From: an uncultured Eubacteriales bacterium | GTDB taxonomy: Bacteria > Bacillota > Clostridia > Oscillospirales > Acutalibacteraceae | Assembly: GCA_934466515.1 (NCBI GenBank) | Contig: CAKSLH010000003.1 | Location: forward strand, 228,472 to 292,471 | Length of the DNA: 64,000 nt | Direction: 5' to 3' | Shown here: positions 9,695-18,877 of the stretch, one piece after another | Layout of the letters: every line of letters starts with the position of its first letter | Position numbering within the stretch: position 1 is the first letter of the stretch | Made by a program: the position numbers and the translations under genes | Notes under the pieces: generated by a model | The model's input: only the letters and a program-made list of their open reading frames with translations | Databases searched by the model: none | Told to the model about the DNA's origin: nothing

Positions 9695-10516
9695 ATGAAC
9701 AATGTTTTTTTAAGAGCGGAAAAAATTGCTGAATTTTTAAAATCGAAAATCAAGAATATTCCCGATACCCTTGTTGTTTTAGGGAGCGGACTCGGTAATT
9801 TCGGAGAAGAAATCGAAAAGGAAAAAGAAATATTTTATAAGGATATTCCGGATTTTCCGGTTTCCACCGTTAAGGGTCACGCAGGAAAGCTTGTTTTCGG
9901 CAGGATAAACGGTAAGGCGATTATCGCCATGGAGGGAAGATTTCATCTTTATGAGGGATATACAACCGAGGATGTAACTCTTTATATCAGGGTGTTTTCT
10001 CTGCTCGGATTAAAAAATATTATTCTTACAAATGCCGCAGGCGCAATAAATAAGTCGTTTAGGGCAGGCGAGCTTATGCTTATATCGGATCATATTTCGC
10101 TGTTTTGCAGAAATCCGCTTATAGGTCCTAATGATGAGCGCTTCGGTCCGAGATTTCCCTCAATGAGCAATGCTTATGATAAGGACTTGCGCCTTCTTGC
10201 AAAACAGGTTGCGGAAGAGCTTAATATAAAGCTTGAAGAAGGCGTTTATTGCTATACATCGGGCCCCAGCTATGAAACGCCTGCCGAAATTCGCGCGCTT
10301 AAAATTTTAGGGGCGGACGCTTGCGGAATGTCTACCGTTCCCGAGGCGATTGCCGCAAATCATTGCGGAATAAGAGTTCTCGGAATTTCCTGCCTTACGA
10401 ATATGGCGGCAGGGATATCGGATAAGCCTTTAAATCATGAAGAGGTTATTAAAACCTCAAAGACTGCGGAAAAGGATTTTAAAGCGCTTATAAAAGGAAT
10501 TTGCAGTAAGCTTTGA
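9695..10516 (+). CDS. punA: purine nucleoside phosphorylase
   Basis: PNP family I motifs (LGSGLG, VKGHAGKLVFG, SGPSYETPAE). Confidence 0.88.
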   Translation: MNNVFLRAEKIAEFLKSKIKNIPDTLVVLGSGLGNFGEEIEKEKEIFYKDIPDFPVSTVKGHAGKLVFGRINGKAIIAMEGRFHLYEGYTTEDVTLYIRVFSLLGLKNIILTNAAGAINKSFRAGELMLISDHISLFCRNPLIGPNDERFGPRFPSMSNAYDKDLRLLAKQVAEELNIKLEEGVYCYTSGPSYETPAEIRALKILGADACGMSTVPEAIAANHCGIRVLGISCLTNMAAGISDKPLNHEEVIKTSKTAEKDFKALIKGICSKL

Positions 10517-10524
10517 GGTGAACG

Positions 10525-11085
10525 ATGAGTACAAAAGAAAAAACGGGGATTTTAACTGTTGCAAATTTTATAACATTTTTAAGAATTTTCGGAACAATAG
10601 TTTTGCTTTTTATAAAACCGCTTTCGGTTCTGTTTTTTGTGATTTATGCCTTTACGGGACTTACCGACGCGCTTGACGGATTTGTCGCAAGAAAAACAGG
10701 CACTCAAAGCGATCTCGGCGCAAAGCTTGATTCGGTTGCAGATTTGCTGTTCTATACGGTGATGATGATTAAAATTCTTCCCGTTCTTATAAAGGAAATG
10801 CCAAAGCTTATATGGCTTTTTGTAGCCTTGGTGCTTGCGGTAAGGCTTGCTTCTTATCTTGTTGCCGCCTATAAATATCATAGGTTTTCTTCAATGCATA
10901 CATATCTTAATAAGCTTACCGGAGCGGCGGTTTTTATTCTTCCCTTTATGCTGATTACACCTGTTAAAACATTCTATGCTTTTTTTGCAGTTTCCTTAGG
11001 AATAGCCGCTTCTTTGGAGGAGCTTATAATTCATTTTAAAAGCGAAAGCTATAATGCTTCGGTAAAATCACTGATTATGATGTAA
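10525..11085 (+). CDS. CDP-alcohol phosphatidyltransferase family protein
   Basis: DALDGFVARK...G...D...D motif. Multi-TM, 186 aa. Confidence 0.8.
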   Translation: MSTKEKTGILTVANFITFLRIFGTIVLLFIKPLSVLFFVIYAFTGLTDALDGFVARKTGTQSDLGAKLDSVADLLFYTVMMIKILPVLIKEMPKLIWLFVALVLAVRLASYLVAAYKYHRFSSMHTYLNKLTGAAVFILPFMLITPVKTFYAFFAVSLGIAASLEELIIHFKSESYNASVKSLIMM

Positions 11086-11090
11086 AAATA

Positions 11091-11121
11091 AAAATCCCGT
11101 CTGAATAAGACGGGATTTTTT
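11091..11121. terminator. bidirectional terminator
   Basis: aaaatcccgtctgaataagacgggatttttt. Confidence 0.75.
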
Positions 11122-11133
11122 ATAAGCTTATAT

Positions 11134-11949
11134 TTAGTTTTCGGCAAAGGTTTTCTTTATAAGAACGCTTGATATTATAAGCGTTGCCGAAAGGCTTCCG
11201 CTTGCAACGAATGAGGTGAAGCTAGGAAGCGAAGAAAGCGCCGAAATTCCTGCAAATACACCGAAGGTCATGCACCAACCGGAAGCCGCTTTGCATTTAA
11301 CCAAAGCGGGAACGCCTGTTTCAACGCTCTTATACAGCGACTGAACAAACTTGTGAATTGAACGGATTCCTATGCAGTTGAAAATGATTATAACTGCCGC
11401 GGCAATCAGGAAAACAAACGCAATTACTACCGCCGATAAGGAAAGCAATGAGGTAACAAGATTTCCGTAATTTCCGAATTGTCTGTTTATAAAGTCCGCT
11501 AAGCTGTTCGTAAGCTCGGGAACAGAAGCAAGGTAGGAAACAGCAAAGGCGGAAATAAGGCCCAAAAGAATAAGGAGACCGCTTACAACCCAGTATATAA
11601 CATAGCTTGCAAAAACCGTTCCGCTAATGTTACGCATTTTGCCGTGGTCCGCAAAGCCTTTTTTGGCAGAGGAAAAGAGAAGCCAAAGGAAAATTGTCAT
11701 AAGAATATTTATAATCGGAATATTCTTTGACGCAAGCGAAAAGGCTGTATAAACGCTTTCTAAAATGCAGATGCATAAAAACATACTGCTGCTCAGCATT
11801 TTATGTACCTTTTCCGTAAAGCTTTCGGCGGCTGCTGTGTCGGCAGTGATTTCGGCTGAAGTGTCGGCAGTCTCGCCTGCTTTGCTTCCGCAGCTCGGGC
11901 AAAAGACGAAATCTTCTTCGCGCTCAAATCCGCATTTGTTGCATTTCAT
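11134..11949 (-). CDS. zinc-ribbon domain membrane protein
   Basis: MKCNKCGFE...CPSCG zinc ribbon followed by several TM helices. RBS aggggg before ATG 11949. Confidence 0.6.
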   Translation of the reverse strand: MKCNKCGFEREEDFVFCPSCGSKAGETADTSAEITADTAAAESFTEKVHKMLSSSMFLCICILESVYTAFSLASKNIPIINILMTIFLWLLFSSAKKGFADHGKMRNISGTVFASYVIYWVVSGLLILLGLISAFAVSYLASVPELTNSLADFINRQFGNYGNLVTSLLSLSAVVIAFVFLIAAAVIIIFNCIGIRSIHKFVQSLYKSVETGVPALVKCKAASGWCMTFGVFAGISALSSLPSFTSFVASGSLSATLIISSVLIKKTFAEN

Positions 11950-12070
11950 AGTTTGATTACCCCCTGAAATATGATTTTTATTATATTTACAGTTTATCAA
12001 AACAAATAAATTTTGTCAATACACTAGACATTTTAATTTATTTAATATATCTTAGTCTCGGTGAATAAAA

Positions 12071-12439
12071 ATGGAAAAGAATTTAACTAACGGAAGCGTA
12101 TTTAAAACCTTAATTTCCTTCTCGCTTCCTTTTTTGCTTTCATACTTTTTGCAGACGCTTTACGGAATGGCGGACCTGCTTATAATAGGCATTTATAACG
12201 GGGTGGACGCTACAACCGCCGTTTCTGTCGGCTCGCAGGTTATGCACATGATAACGGTAATGATAGTCGGCCTCGCAATGGGAACTACAGTAAATATCGC
12301 TAGGGCGGTAGGCTCACAGGATAAAAAAACCACCCTTTTTCCGATGGGACTTGCAACGGCATTAGGCTCGCTTGTATCGGTAATAATATGTATTATCGCC
12401 TTTAAAGCAATTCAGAAGAAAAGCGTCACTCGCATTTAA
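12071..12439 (+). pseudogene. MATE family efflux transporter, N-terminal fragment only (truncated)
   Basis: The first ~120 aa match a MATE N-terminus (FSLPFLLSYFLQTLYGMADLLIIG). Full MATE proteins are ~450 aa. A stop codon and overlap with the convergent merR 3' end follow. Confidence 0.6.
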
Positions 12440-12872
12440 TTTGATTTTTAATATTTCTTATTTTTTCGGGAATGTTCTCCTCGGGCATTCCTTTATGTAT
12501 ATCGCAGGTTCCTGCCTTTTTTGCTGTTTCGTAGTACCAGTGCTTGTATTCTAAAATATCAAGCGTGCCCTCAAGCTCCGCTATTTGCCTTAAAACGGCG
12601 CTTCGCTGATTGTCTATGAGCTCAAGCCTCTGCGAAATCGTTTCGTCTCCTTTAGAGCAGAGGTCCACGAATTTTTTAATATCCTTTATCGGCATTCCTG
12701 TTTTTTTTAGGCATTCGATTATTTTAAGCCACTCGGTGTCGTCATCCGAAAATGTTCTTATGTTTCCCGAGGTCCTTTTAACAAAGGGCAATAGCCCCTC
12801 CTTGTCATAAAATCTGAGCGTTGAGGGTGCAACGCCTATTCTTTTTGCCATTTCTCCTACAGTGTAACTCAT
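12426..12872 (-). CDS. MerR family transcriptional regulator
   Basis: N-terminal MerR HTH (YTVGEMAKRIGVAPSTLRFYDKEGLL) with a coiled-coil dimerisation helix and C-terminal Cys/His residues. Confidence 0.85.
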   Translation of the reverse strand: MSYTVGEMAKRIGVAPSTLRFYDKEGLLPFVKRTSGNIRTFSDDDTEWLKIIECLKKTGMPIKDIKKFVDLCSKGDETISQRLELIDNQRSAVLRQIAELEGTLDILEYKHWYYETAKKAGTCDIHKGMPEENIPEKIRNIKNQIKCE

Positions 12873-12910
12873 AGCTTTCTCCCGTTCATAAAAAATTTAT
12901 AAAAAAGGTC

Positions 12911-12941
12911 TTGACTTAAAGTTAACTTTAAGTTGTAAAAT
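12911..12941 (+). promoter_or_regulatory. MerR-type promoter/operator with 19-bp spacer and dyad
   Basis: TTGACT - 19 nt containing the perfect palindrome aaagttaactttaa - TAAAAT. Divergent from the merR gene and upstream of the dxs-like gene. Confidence 0.65.
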
Positions 12942-12983
12942 TATTATAACAAAAAATAAATTAACAGTCAACAGGAGGAAGAA

Positions 12984-14753
12984 ATGTTTAAGCAGTTAAA
13001 TAAAATAAATTCACCCGAAGATGTTAAAAAGCTTGATTTTTCTGAGCTTGAAGTGCTTGCCTCGGATATCAGAGAAGCACTTTTAAAAAAGCTCAGTATT
13101 CACGGAGGCCATTTCGGACCGAATTTCGGCATGGTCGAGGCTATAATCGCGCTTCATTATGTGTTTGAGTCTCCTAAGGATAAGATAGTTTTCGATGTTT
13201 CCCACCAAAGCTATCCTCATAAAATTCTTACAGGCAGGAAGGACGCTTTTATTGACGAGGATAAATATGACGATGTTTCGGGCTATACCGATTTTACCGA
13301 AAGCGGCCATGATTTTTTCAGAATAGGCCACACCTCGACCTCTGTAAGCCTTGCGTCGGGTCTTGCAAAGGCAAGAGATTTAAAAAATGAAAGCTATAAT
13401 GTTATCGCCGTTATCGGGGACGGCTCTCTTTCAGGCGGAGAGGCGCTTGAGGGGCTTGATTTTGCAGGCGAGCAGAAAACAAACTTTATCGTTTTGGTTA
13501 ATGATAACGATATGTCTATAGCCGAAAATCACGGCGGACTTTATAAGAATTTAAAGGCTCTTCGTGAAAGCAACGGAAAATGCGAATGCAATCTGTTTAA
13601 ATCCTTGGGTCTTGACTATAAATATGTAGGATACGGAAACGATATTCCCTCGCTTGTTAATGTCTTTAAAGAGGTTAAGGATATAGATCATCCTATAGTT
13701 GTTCATATCAACACCTTAAAGGGCAAGGGCTATAAGCCTGCCGAAGTCAATAAGGAAAACTGGCACTGGACGATGCCGTTTGATATCGAAACGGGTAAAC
13801 CTAAATTTTCCTTTGACGGCGAGGATTACGGCACCTTAACTGCCGATTTTCTTCTTAAAAAGATGAAAGCCGACCCGACCGTAACCGCAATTGTTGCGGG
13901 TGTTCCTACAAATATCGGCTTTACTAAGGATAAAAGGGAAGAGGCAGGCAAGCAGTTTATAGATGTCGGAATTGCCGAGGAGCATGCAATAGCTTTAGCC
14001 TCGGGAATTGCCAAAAACGGCGGAAAGCCTGTTTTTGCCACCCATTCAAGCTTTATGCAAAGAACATTTGACCAGCTGTCTCAGGATCTTTGCATAAATA
14101 AAAGCCCTGCAACGGTAATTGTTAATACCGCCTCTGTTTTCGGGCTTAATGATATAACGCATTTGGGTCTTTATGATATCCCGCTTATCTCAAATATTCC
14201 AGAAATGGTTTATCTCGCGCCAACCTCAAAGCAAGAATATTTCGCTATGCTTGATTGGAGTATTGAGCAGACCGAGCACCCTGTCGCTATAAGAGTTCCG
14301 TGCAACGGTGTGATTTCCGATTTGAGAAAAGCCGACACCGATTATTCAAAACTTAATAAATTCAAAACCGAAATTGAGGGCAGCGAGGTCGCGGTAATAG
14401 CGCTGGGAGATTTTTATCAGCTCGGCGAAGATGTGATAAAGCAGTTAAAAGAAGAGCTTAATATAAATGCCACTCTTATCAATCCGAGATTTATCACCGG
14501 AATTGATAAGGAACTGTTAGATGGGCTTAAAGCTAATCATAAAGCCGTTATAACCTTGGAGGACGGAATAAAGGACGGCGGCTTCGGAGAAAAAATAGCC
14601 GAGTTTTATTCCGACAGCGAAATGTCAGTTAAGGTCTACGGAATAAAGAAAGCCTTTTATGACAGGTTTAACCCTGCTGAGCTTTTAAAGGAAAACAGAC
14701 TTACAACAGAACAGATAACCGAGGACATTAAAAACCTTTTAAAAGGAGAATAA
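12984..14753 (+). CDS. 1-deoxy-D-xylulose-5-phosphate synthase-like TPP enzyme (DXS/transketolase family)
   Basis: HGGHFGPNFGMVEAIIALHYVF...SHQSYPHKILTGR DXS N-terminal signature and GDG(X)n thiamine-pyrophosphate (TPP) motif. 589 aa. Confidence 0.7.
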   Translation: MFKQLNKINSPEDVKKLDFSELEVLASDIREALLKKLSIHGGHFGPNFGMVEAIIALHYVFESPKDKIVFDVSHQSYPHKILTGRKDAFIDEDKYDDVSGYTDFTESGHDFFRIGHTSTSVSLASGLAKARDLKNESYNVIAVIGDGSLSGGEALEGLDFAGEQKTNFIVLVNDNDMSIAENHGGLYKNLKALRESNGKCECNLFKSLGLDYKYVGYGNDIPSLVNVFKEVKDIDHPIVVHINTLKGKGYKPAEVNKENWHWTMPFDIETGKPKFSFDGEDYGTLTADFLLKKMKADPTVTAIVAGVPTNIGFTKDKREEAGKQFIDVGIAEEHAIALASGIAKNGGKPVFATHSSFMQRTFDQLSQDLCINKSPATVIVNTASVFGLNDITHLGLYDIPLISNIPEMVYLAPTSKQEYFAMLDWSIEQTEHPVAIRVPCNGVISDLRKADTDYSKLNKFKTEIEGSEVAVIALGDFYQLGEDVIKQLKEELNINATLINPRFITGIDKELLDGLKANHKAVITLEDGIKDGGFGEKIAEFYSDSEMSVKVYGIKKAFYDRFNPAELLKENRLTTEQITEDIKNLLKGE

Positions 14754-14755
14754 AA

Positions 14756-15226
14756 ATGAAGCCTGTAGTTATTTATTATTCATATTCGGGAAATACAAAA
14801 AGTATAGCCGAAAAATTTAAAGAAAGCCTTGATTGCGATATTTTTGAAATCGAAACCGTAACACCGTATACCGGTGATTATAACGCAGTCGTCGATCAGG
14901 GCAAGGAAGAGGTTGAGAGCGCCTTTATGCCGGAAATTAAACCGCTTGCGGTCGATTTAAGCAAATATGATACCGTAATTTTGGGTATGCCCGTCTGGTG
15001 GTATACCTATGCGCCGGCAGTAAAAACCTTTCTTAACAGTTTTGACCTTTCCGGCAAAACGCTCTATCCTTTTGCTACAAACGGCGGCTGGCTCGGACAT
15101 ACCTTTAAGGATTTAAAAAAGGAATGTAAAGCTGATGTCAAGGACGGGCTCAATATCCGTTTTAACGGCAAAAATTCAAGAACAAACGAAAAAGAAATTG
15201 AAGCTTATATAAACTCAATCACATAA
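14756..15226 (+). CDS. flavodoxin
   Basis: MKPVVIYYSYSGNTKSIAEKF N-terminus. 156 aa. Starts 3 nt after the upstream stop, so likely co-operonic. Confidence 0.8.
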   Translation: MKPVVIYYSYSGNTKSIAEKFKESLDCDIFEIETVTPYTGDYNAVVDQGKEEVESAFMPEIKPLAVDLSKYDTVILGMPVWWYTYAPAVKTFLNSFDLSGKTLYPFATNGGWLGHTFKDLKKECKADVKDGLNIRFNGKNSRTNEKEIEAYINSIT

Positions 15227-15326
15227 TTTAAAAAATTGATTTGATTTTTAAAAAGTGTGATGTTATAATACCTTTAGATTTGAATTTGCCTGAAACGGCG
15301 TAATTGTAAAATTTAAAGGTGATAAT

Positions 15327-15821
15327 ATGAGAAGCGAAAGAAGCAAAATAGTAAGAGAGCTTTTAAAGATTACAGATAAAGAATTTTCGGATGAAGAGCT
15401 TATCCACCAATTGGTTTCAACAAAGGTTACAGAAAATTCCGAAGCCGAAAAAAAGCGTACCTTTGGGCAAAAAGCGTCAGACGCGGTCGCAAAATTTGCT
15501 GGAAGCTGGGCGTTTATATTCAGCTTTATAGCCGTAATGATAATTTGGATGGCACTAAATATATTTATGGGTTCAAAAGCGTTTGACGCTTATCCGTTTA
15601 TTCTTTTAAACCTTGTTCTGTCGTGTATTGCTGCGGTTCAGGCGCCACTGATTATGATGAGCCAGAACAGGCAGGAGGCTAAGGACAGGCAAAGAGCCGA
15701 AAACGATTATAGGGTCAATCTTAAAAACGAGCTTATAATCGATGATATTCATAAGAAGCTTGACAAAATTCTTGAAAATCAGGAAAAGCTCAGTAAAAGA
15801 ATCGAAAAGCTTGAAAAATAA
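15327..15821 (+). CDS. DUF1003 domain membrane protein
   Basis: Two TM helices followed by a charged coiled coil (RQEAKDRQRAENDYRVNLKNE). Confidence 0.6.
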   Translation: MRSERSKIVRELLKITDKEFSDEELIHQLVSTKVTENSEAEKKRTFGQKASDAVAKFAGSWAFIFSFIAVMIIWMALNIFMGSKAFDAYPFILLNLVLSCIAAVQAPLIMMSQNRQEAKDRQRAENDYRVNLKNELIIDDIHKKLDKILENQEKLSKRIEKLEK

Positions 15822-15823
15822 AA

Positions 15824-15848
15824 AAATCGCCGAAAGGCGATTTTTTTA
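15824..15848. terminator. bidirectional terminator
   Basis: aaatcgccgaaaggcgattt flanked by A/T runs. Confidence 0.7.
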
Positions 15849-15850
15849 TT

Positions 15851-17242
15851 TTATAAGATACCAACCGAAAAGAAGAAAGAAATAAAGCATGGACCGGCAT
15901 AAAGTAAAAATGCGAGCCAAAGTCTCAGTCTTAAAAGCCAGACATTATATTCTCCGTCATCATAGCTTAAATCTTCTAAAGCAAACTTCGGATGTTTAAA
16001 TACGAAGAATGAAAGAAGAACAACAAATAAAACTGCAAGCATCATATTTTTGCCGGGATTGGGATAAAATTCACATGCAAAACGGCTTATTGCATTGCCG
16101 CCGAATATTTTACCGAGAATTCCGTACCTCATAGTCTGGCTGTCAACGTTTCCTGTCCAGTGGGTTAAAACAACGGCATAAAACGCATAGGTATAAAGGC
16201 AGTCGAGCCACAGGAATTTTTTGGTGTTTTTGTTGAAAGAAGCGCTTATTACCCAAAACGGCGCACCGAATAAAAGCCACTGGGGATGCCATGTCATAAG
16301 CGCAAACTGTGCAAAGCAAATTCCGCAGCTAAGATAAAATCCCCATTTGATCAGGTCCTGAGTATCCTTAGGTTTTACAAAATAAGCCCAGATAACTATA
16401 AACATAACAAGAATCTGGAAATAGCTTACCGACCCGAGAATTGTAGTAAAATCTTCTTGAGAAACATAGGTTAAAGCTCCGAAACCGAAAACTCCGTCTC
16501 TGAAACCTTTTGAGGGATAAAAGCAGGCTATTTCTATAATAAGAAGCCACAAGGAACATAATCCGTATTTAGCAATGTCAATTACGCGTTTTTCTTTTAA
16601 GAGCAAAAATACAAGGAATATAAGAATAGCATAGTATTTAAATGTAATTGCCACGCCGAAAGATATACAAAAAAGCCATTTATCAAATTTTTTATTTCTG
16701 AAGAAAAAATAAAGACCTAAAACCATGAAAAACACAGTAAATATATCATACTGAGAAAATATAAACTGATTGAAAAACGCAACAGGAAGCGTCACAAAAG
16801 AAGCCGCGCATATTTTACTTTTATTTTTAGACATTCCGATTATAACTGCGAGTTTATAAATAAACAATGCGGTTATAAAGAAAAAGCAAGTTGGCAGAAG
16901 CTTATACCACATATTATAAATAAAATGTGAGGTCATCAAGGTTTCAGGTGCTGCAAAACCTAAAATTTTAAGCGGCAGCAGCCAAACGGCGAAAAACAAA
17001 AATGTTGTAGGAAGATAAGTCGCTCCGTTGTCTCCCGTCCATTTTTGCAAAACATCATAGTAATTAAAAAAATTGCTGTTATAAAACTGCCATGCGCGGT
17101 TTCCGGTGACTAAAATATCACCCTGCATAAATACAAGATAGCAAAATACAGCGATTATTCCGAAAATAATATAATCGGCAATATAAATTTTGTTATCAGC
17201 TCTTTTTAATGCTGCAAAAAGCTTATTATCTTTCATTTTCAA
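15851..17242 (-). CDS. polytopic membrane protein, possible GT-C type glycosyltransferase
   Basis: 463 aa with more than 10 predicted TM helices and a conserved Asp-containing N-terminal loop. No recognisable soluble domain. Confidence 0.4.
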   Translation of the reverse strand: MKMKDNKLFAALKRADNKIYIADYIIFGIIAVFCYLVFMQGDILVTGNRAWQFYNSNFFNYYDVLQKWTGDNGATYLPTTFLFFAVWLLPLKILGFAAPETLMTSHFIYNMWYKLLPTCFFFITALFIYKLAVIIGMSKNKSKICAASFVTLPVAFFNQFIFSQYDIFTVFFMVLGLYFFFRNKKFDKWLFCISFGVAITFKYYAILIFLVFLLLKEKRVIDIAKYGLCSLWLLIIEIACFYPSKGFRDGVFGFGALTYVSQEDFTTILGSVSYFQILVMFIVIWAYFVKPKDTQDLIKWGFYLSCGICFAQFALMTWHPQWLLFGAPFWVISASFNKNTKKFLWLDCLYTYAFYAVVLTHWTGNVDSQTMRYGILGKIFGGNAISRFACEFYPNPGKNMMLAVLFVVLLSFFVFKHPKFALEDLSYDDGEYNVWLLRLRLWLAFLLYAGPCFISFFFSVGIL

Positions 17243-17319
17243 ACTCCTTTAATAATATAAAATAATTATATATTATCGAAAAAATAAAGTCAAGAAAATA
17301 TAAGATATAAAACTTTTTG

Positions 17320-17347
17320 TTGAATTTTAAAAAAAATCTGATATAAT
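17320..17347 (+). promoter_or_regulatory. promoter of oadB leader
   Basis: TTGAAT - 16 nt - TATAAT. Confidence 0.55.
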
Positions 17348-17353
17348 AATATT

Positions 17354-17546
17354 GAAATAGAAAAATAATTTTCTTGTAAAAGGGAGTAATCGGCGAAAGC
17401 TTTTGCTTTCGTGTCTTTGGCGTCAGTACGGCTTTTTTGCCCGCTTAAGACTTAAATGTTGAGACTTTTACCGAGGCTTTTTAAGCCTGCGGTAAAGGTC
17501 TTTTTTATTTTTTTAAAAGGATAAGTTCTTTAAAAGGAGAAATTTT
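17354..17546 (+). promoter_or_regulatory. 190-nt structured 5' leader with intrinsic terminator (candidate riboswitch/attenuator) upstream of oadB
   Basis: Several hairpins (cgaaagc/gctttcg; agacttttaccgaggc...gcctgcggtaaaggtct) followed by a T-run at 17501-17514, directly before the oadB RBS. Confidence 0.45.
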
Positions 17547-18674
17547 ATGTCAGAACTGTTTTCAAATGTGCTCAATATCACTTGGCAGCAGGCGGTTATG
17601 TGGGTGATAGGCGGAATTCTTATTTATCTTGCGATAAAAAAGGATATGGAGCCGTCATTGCTGCTGCCTATGGGCTTCGGCGCGATTTTAGTAAATCTTC
17701 CGCTTTCGGGAGCGGTAACGCAGATTTATGATAAGGTTAAAGAGGTCGGCGTTATAGATGTGCTGTTTAACGCAGGCATAGCAAATGAGCTTTTCCCTCT
17801 TCTGCTTTTTGTCGGAATAGGAGCTATGATTGATTTCGGACCGCTTCTTTCAAATCCGAAGCTTATGATTTTCGGCGCGGCGGCGCAATTCGGCATTTTT
17901 ATGACCTTATCTCTTGCGGCGCTTTTAGGTTTTGATTTAAAGGATGCGGCTTCTATCGGAATTATCGGTGCTGCGGACGGACCTACATCTATATTCGTAG
18001 CCCAGTATTTCAATTCGAAATATATCGGTGCGATAATGGTTGCCGCTTATTCTTATATGGCTCTAGTTCCGCTTGTTCAGCCGCCTGTAATTAAGCTTTT
18101 GACAACAAAAAAAGAACGCCTTATAAGAATGCCTTATAAGCAGCGCTCGATTTCAAAAACCGCAAAAATTCTTTTCCCTATAATTATAACTATGATTACG
18201 GGAATAATTTCGCCGAGAAGCGTCGCTTTAATAGGCTTTTTAATGTTCGGAAATCTTATAAGGGAGTGCGGAGTTCTCGATTCGCTTTCCGATACCGCTC
18301 AAAAGGTGCTTGCAAATCTTATCACCCTTTTCTTAGGGATTACAATTGCGACAAAAATGCAGGCAAAATATTTCCTCACAAAGGAAACTCTGCTTATAAT
18401 CCTTTTAGGTCTTTTCGCCTTTATTTTCGATACGGCAGGCGGAGTTGTTTTTGCAAAAATATTAAATCTTTTCCTGCCCCGTGATAAAAAAATAAATCCG
18501 ATGATAGGTGCCGCGGGAATTTCGGCTTTCCCGATGAGCGCAAGAGTCGTTCATAAAATGGGACTTAAGGAAGACCCTCAGAACTTCCTGCTTATGCACT
18601 CTGTCGGAGTTAATGTTTCGGGTCAGATTGCGTCGGTCATCGCAGGCGGACTGATATTAAATCTCTTAGGTTAA
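17547..18674 (+). CDS. oadB: sodium ion-translocating decarboxylase beta subunit (OadB/GcdB/MmdB family)
   Basis: IKKDMEPSLLLPMGFGAILVN resembles the OadB N-terminus. About 9 TM helices. 375 aa. Confidence 0.8.
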   Translation: MSELFSNVLNITWQQAVMWVIGGILIYLAIKKDMEPSLLLPMGFGAILVNLPLSGAVTQIYDKVKEVGVIDVLFNAGIANELFPLLLFVGIGAMIDFGPLLSNPKLMIFGAAAQFGIFMTLSLAALLGFDLKDAASIGIIGAADGPTSIFVAQYFNSKYIGAIMVAAYSYMALVPLVQPPVIKLLTTKKERLIRMPYKQRSISKTAKILFPIIITMITGIISPRSVALIGFLMFGNLIRECGVLDSLSDTAQKVLANLITLFLGITIATKMQAKYFLTKETLLIILLGLFAFIFDTAGGVVFAKILNLFLPRDKKINPMIGAAGISAFPMSARVVHKMGLKEDPQNFLLMHSVGVNVSGQIASVIAGGLILNLLG

Positions 18675-18695
18675 TGAGAAAACAAGGAGAAAATT

Positions 18696-18830
18696 ATGAA
18701 TCTTGATTATAATGCGTTTTTAAAAACACTTCCCGTTATGGGCAAAGGAATGGCGGGAATATTTATCGTAACCGTTGTTATCATTGCGGTAATGCTTATT
18801 TTAACCTCGGTTTTTAAAGCCAAAAAATAA
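18696..18830 (+). CDS. small membrane protein, OadG-like gamma subunit candidate
   Basis: 44-aa single-TM peptide (MNLDYNAFLKTLPVMGKGMAGIFIVTVVIIAVMLILTSVFKAKK) immediately downstream of oadB. Not in the supplied ORF track because it is under 60 aa. Confidence 0.5.
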   Translation: MNLDYNAFLKTLPVMGKGMAGIFIVTVVIIAVMLILTSVFKAKK

Positions 18831-18836
18831 AGAAAT

Positions 18837-18877
18837 TAAAATTCCGTGATTTCATTTGAAATCACGGAATTTTTTTA
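18837..18877. terminator. bidirectional terminator
   Basis: attccgtgatttcatttgaaatcacggaat flanked by A- and T-runs. Confidence 0.75.
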
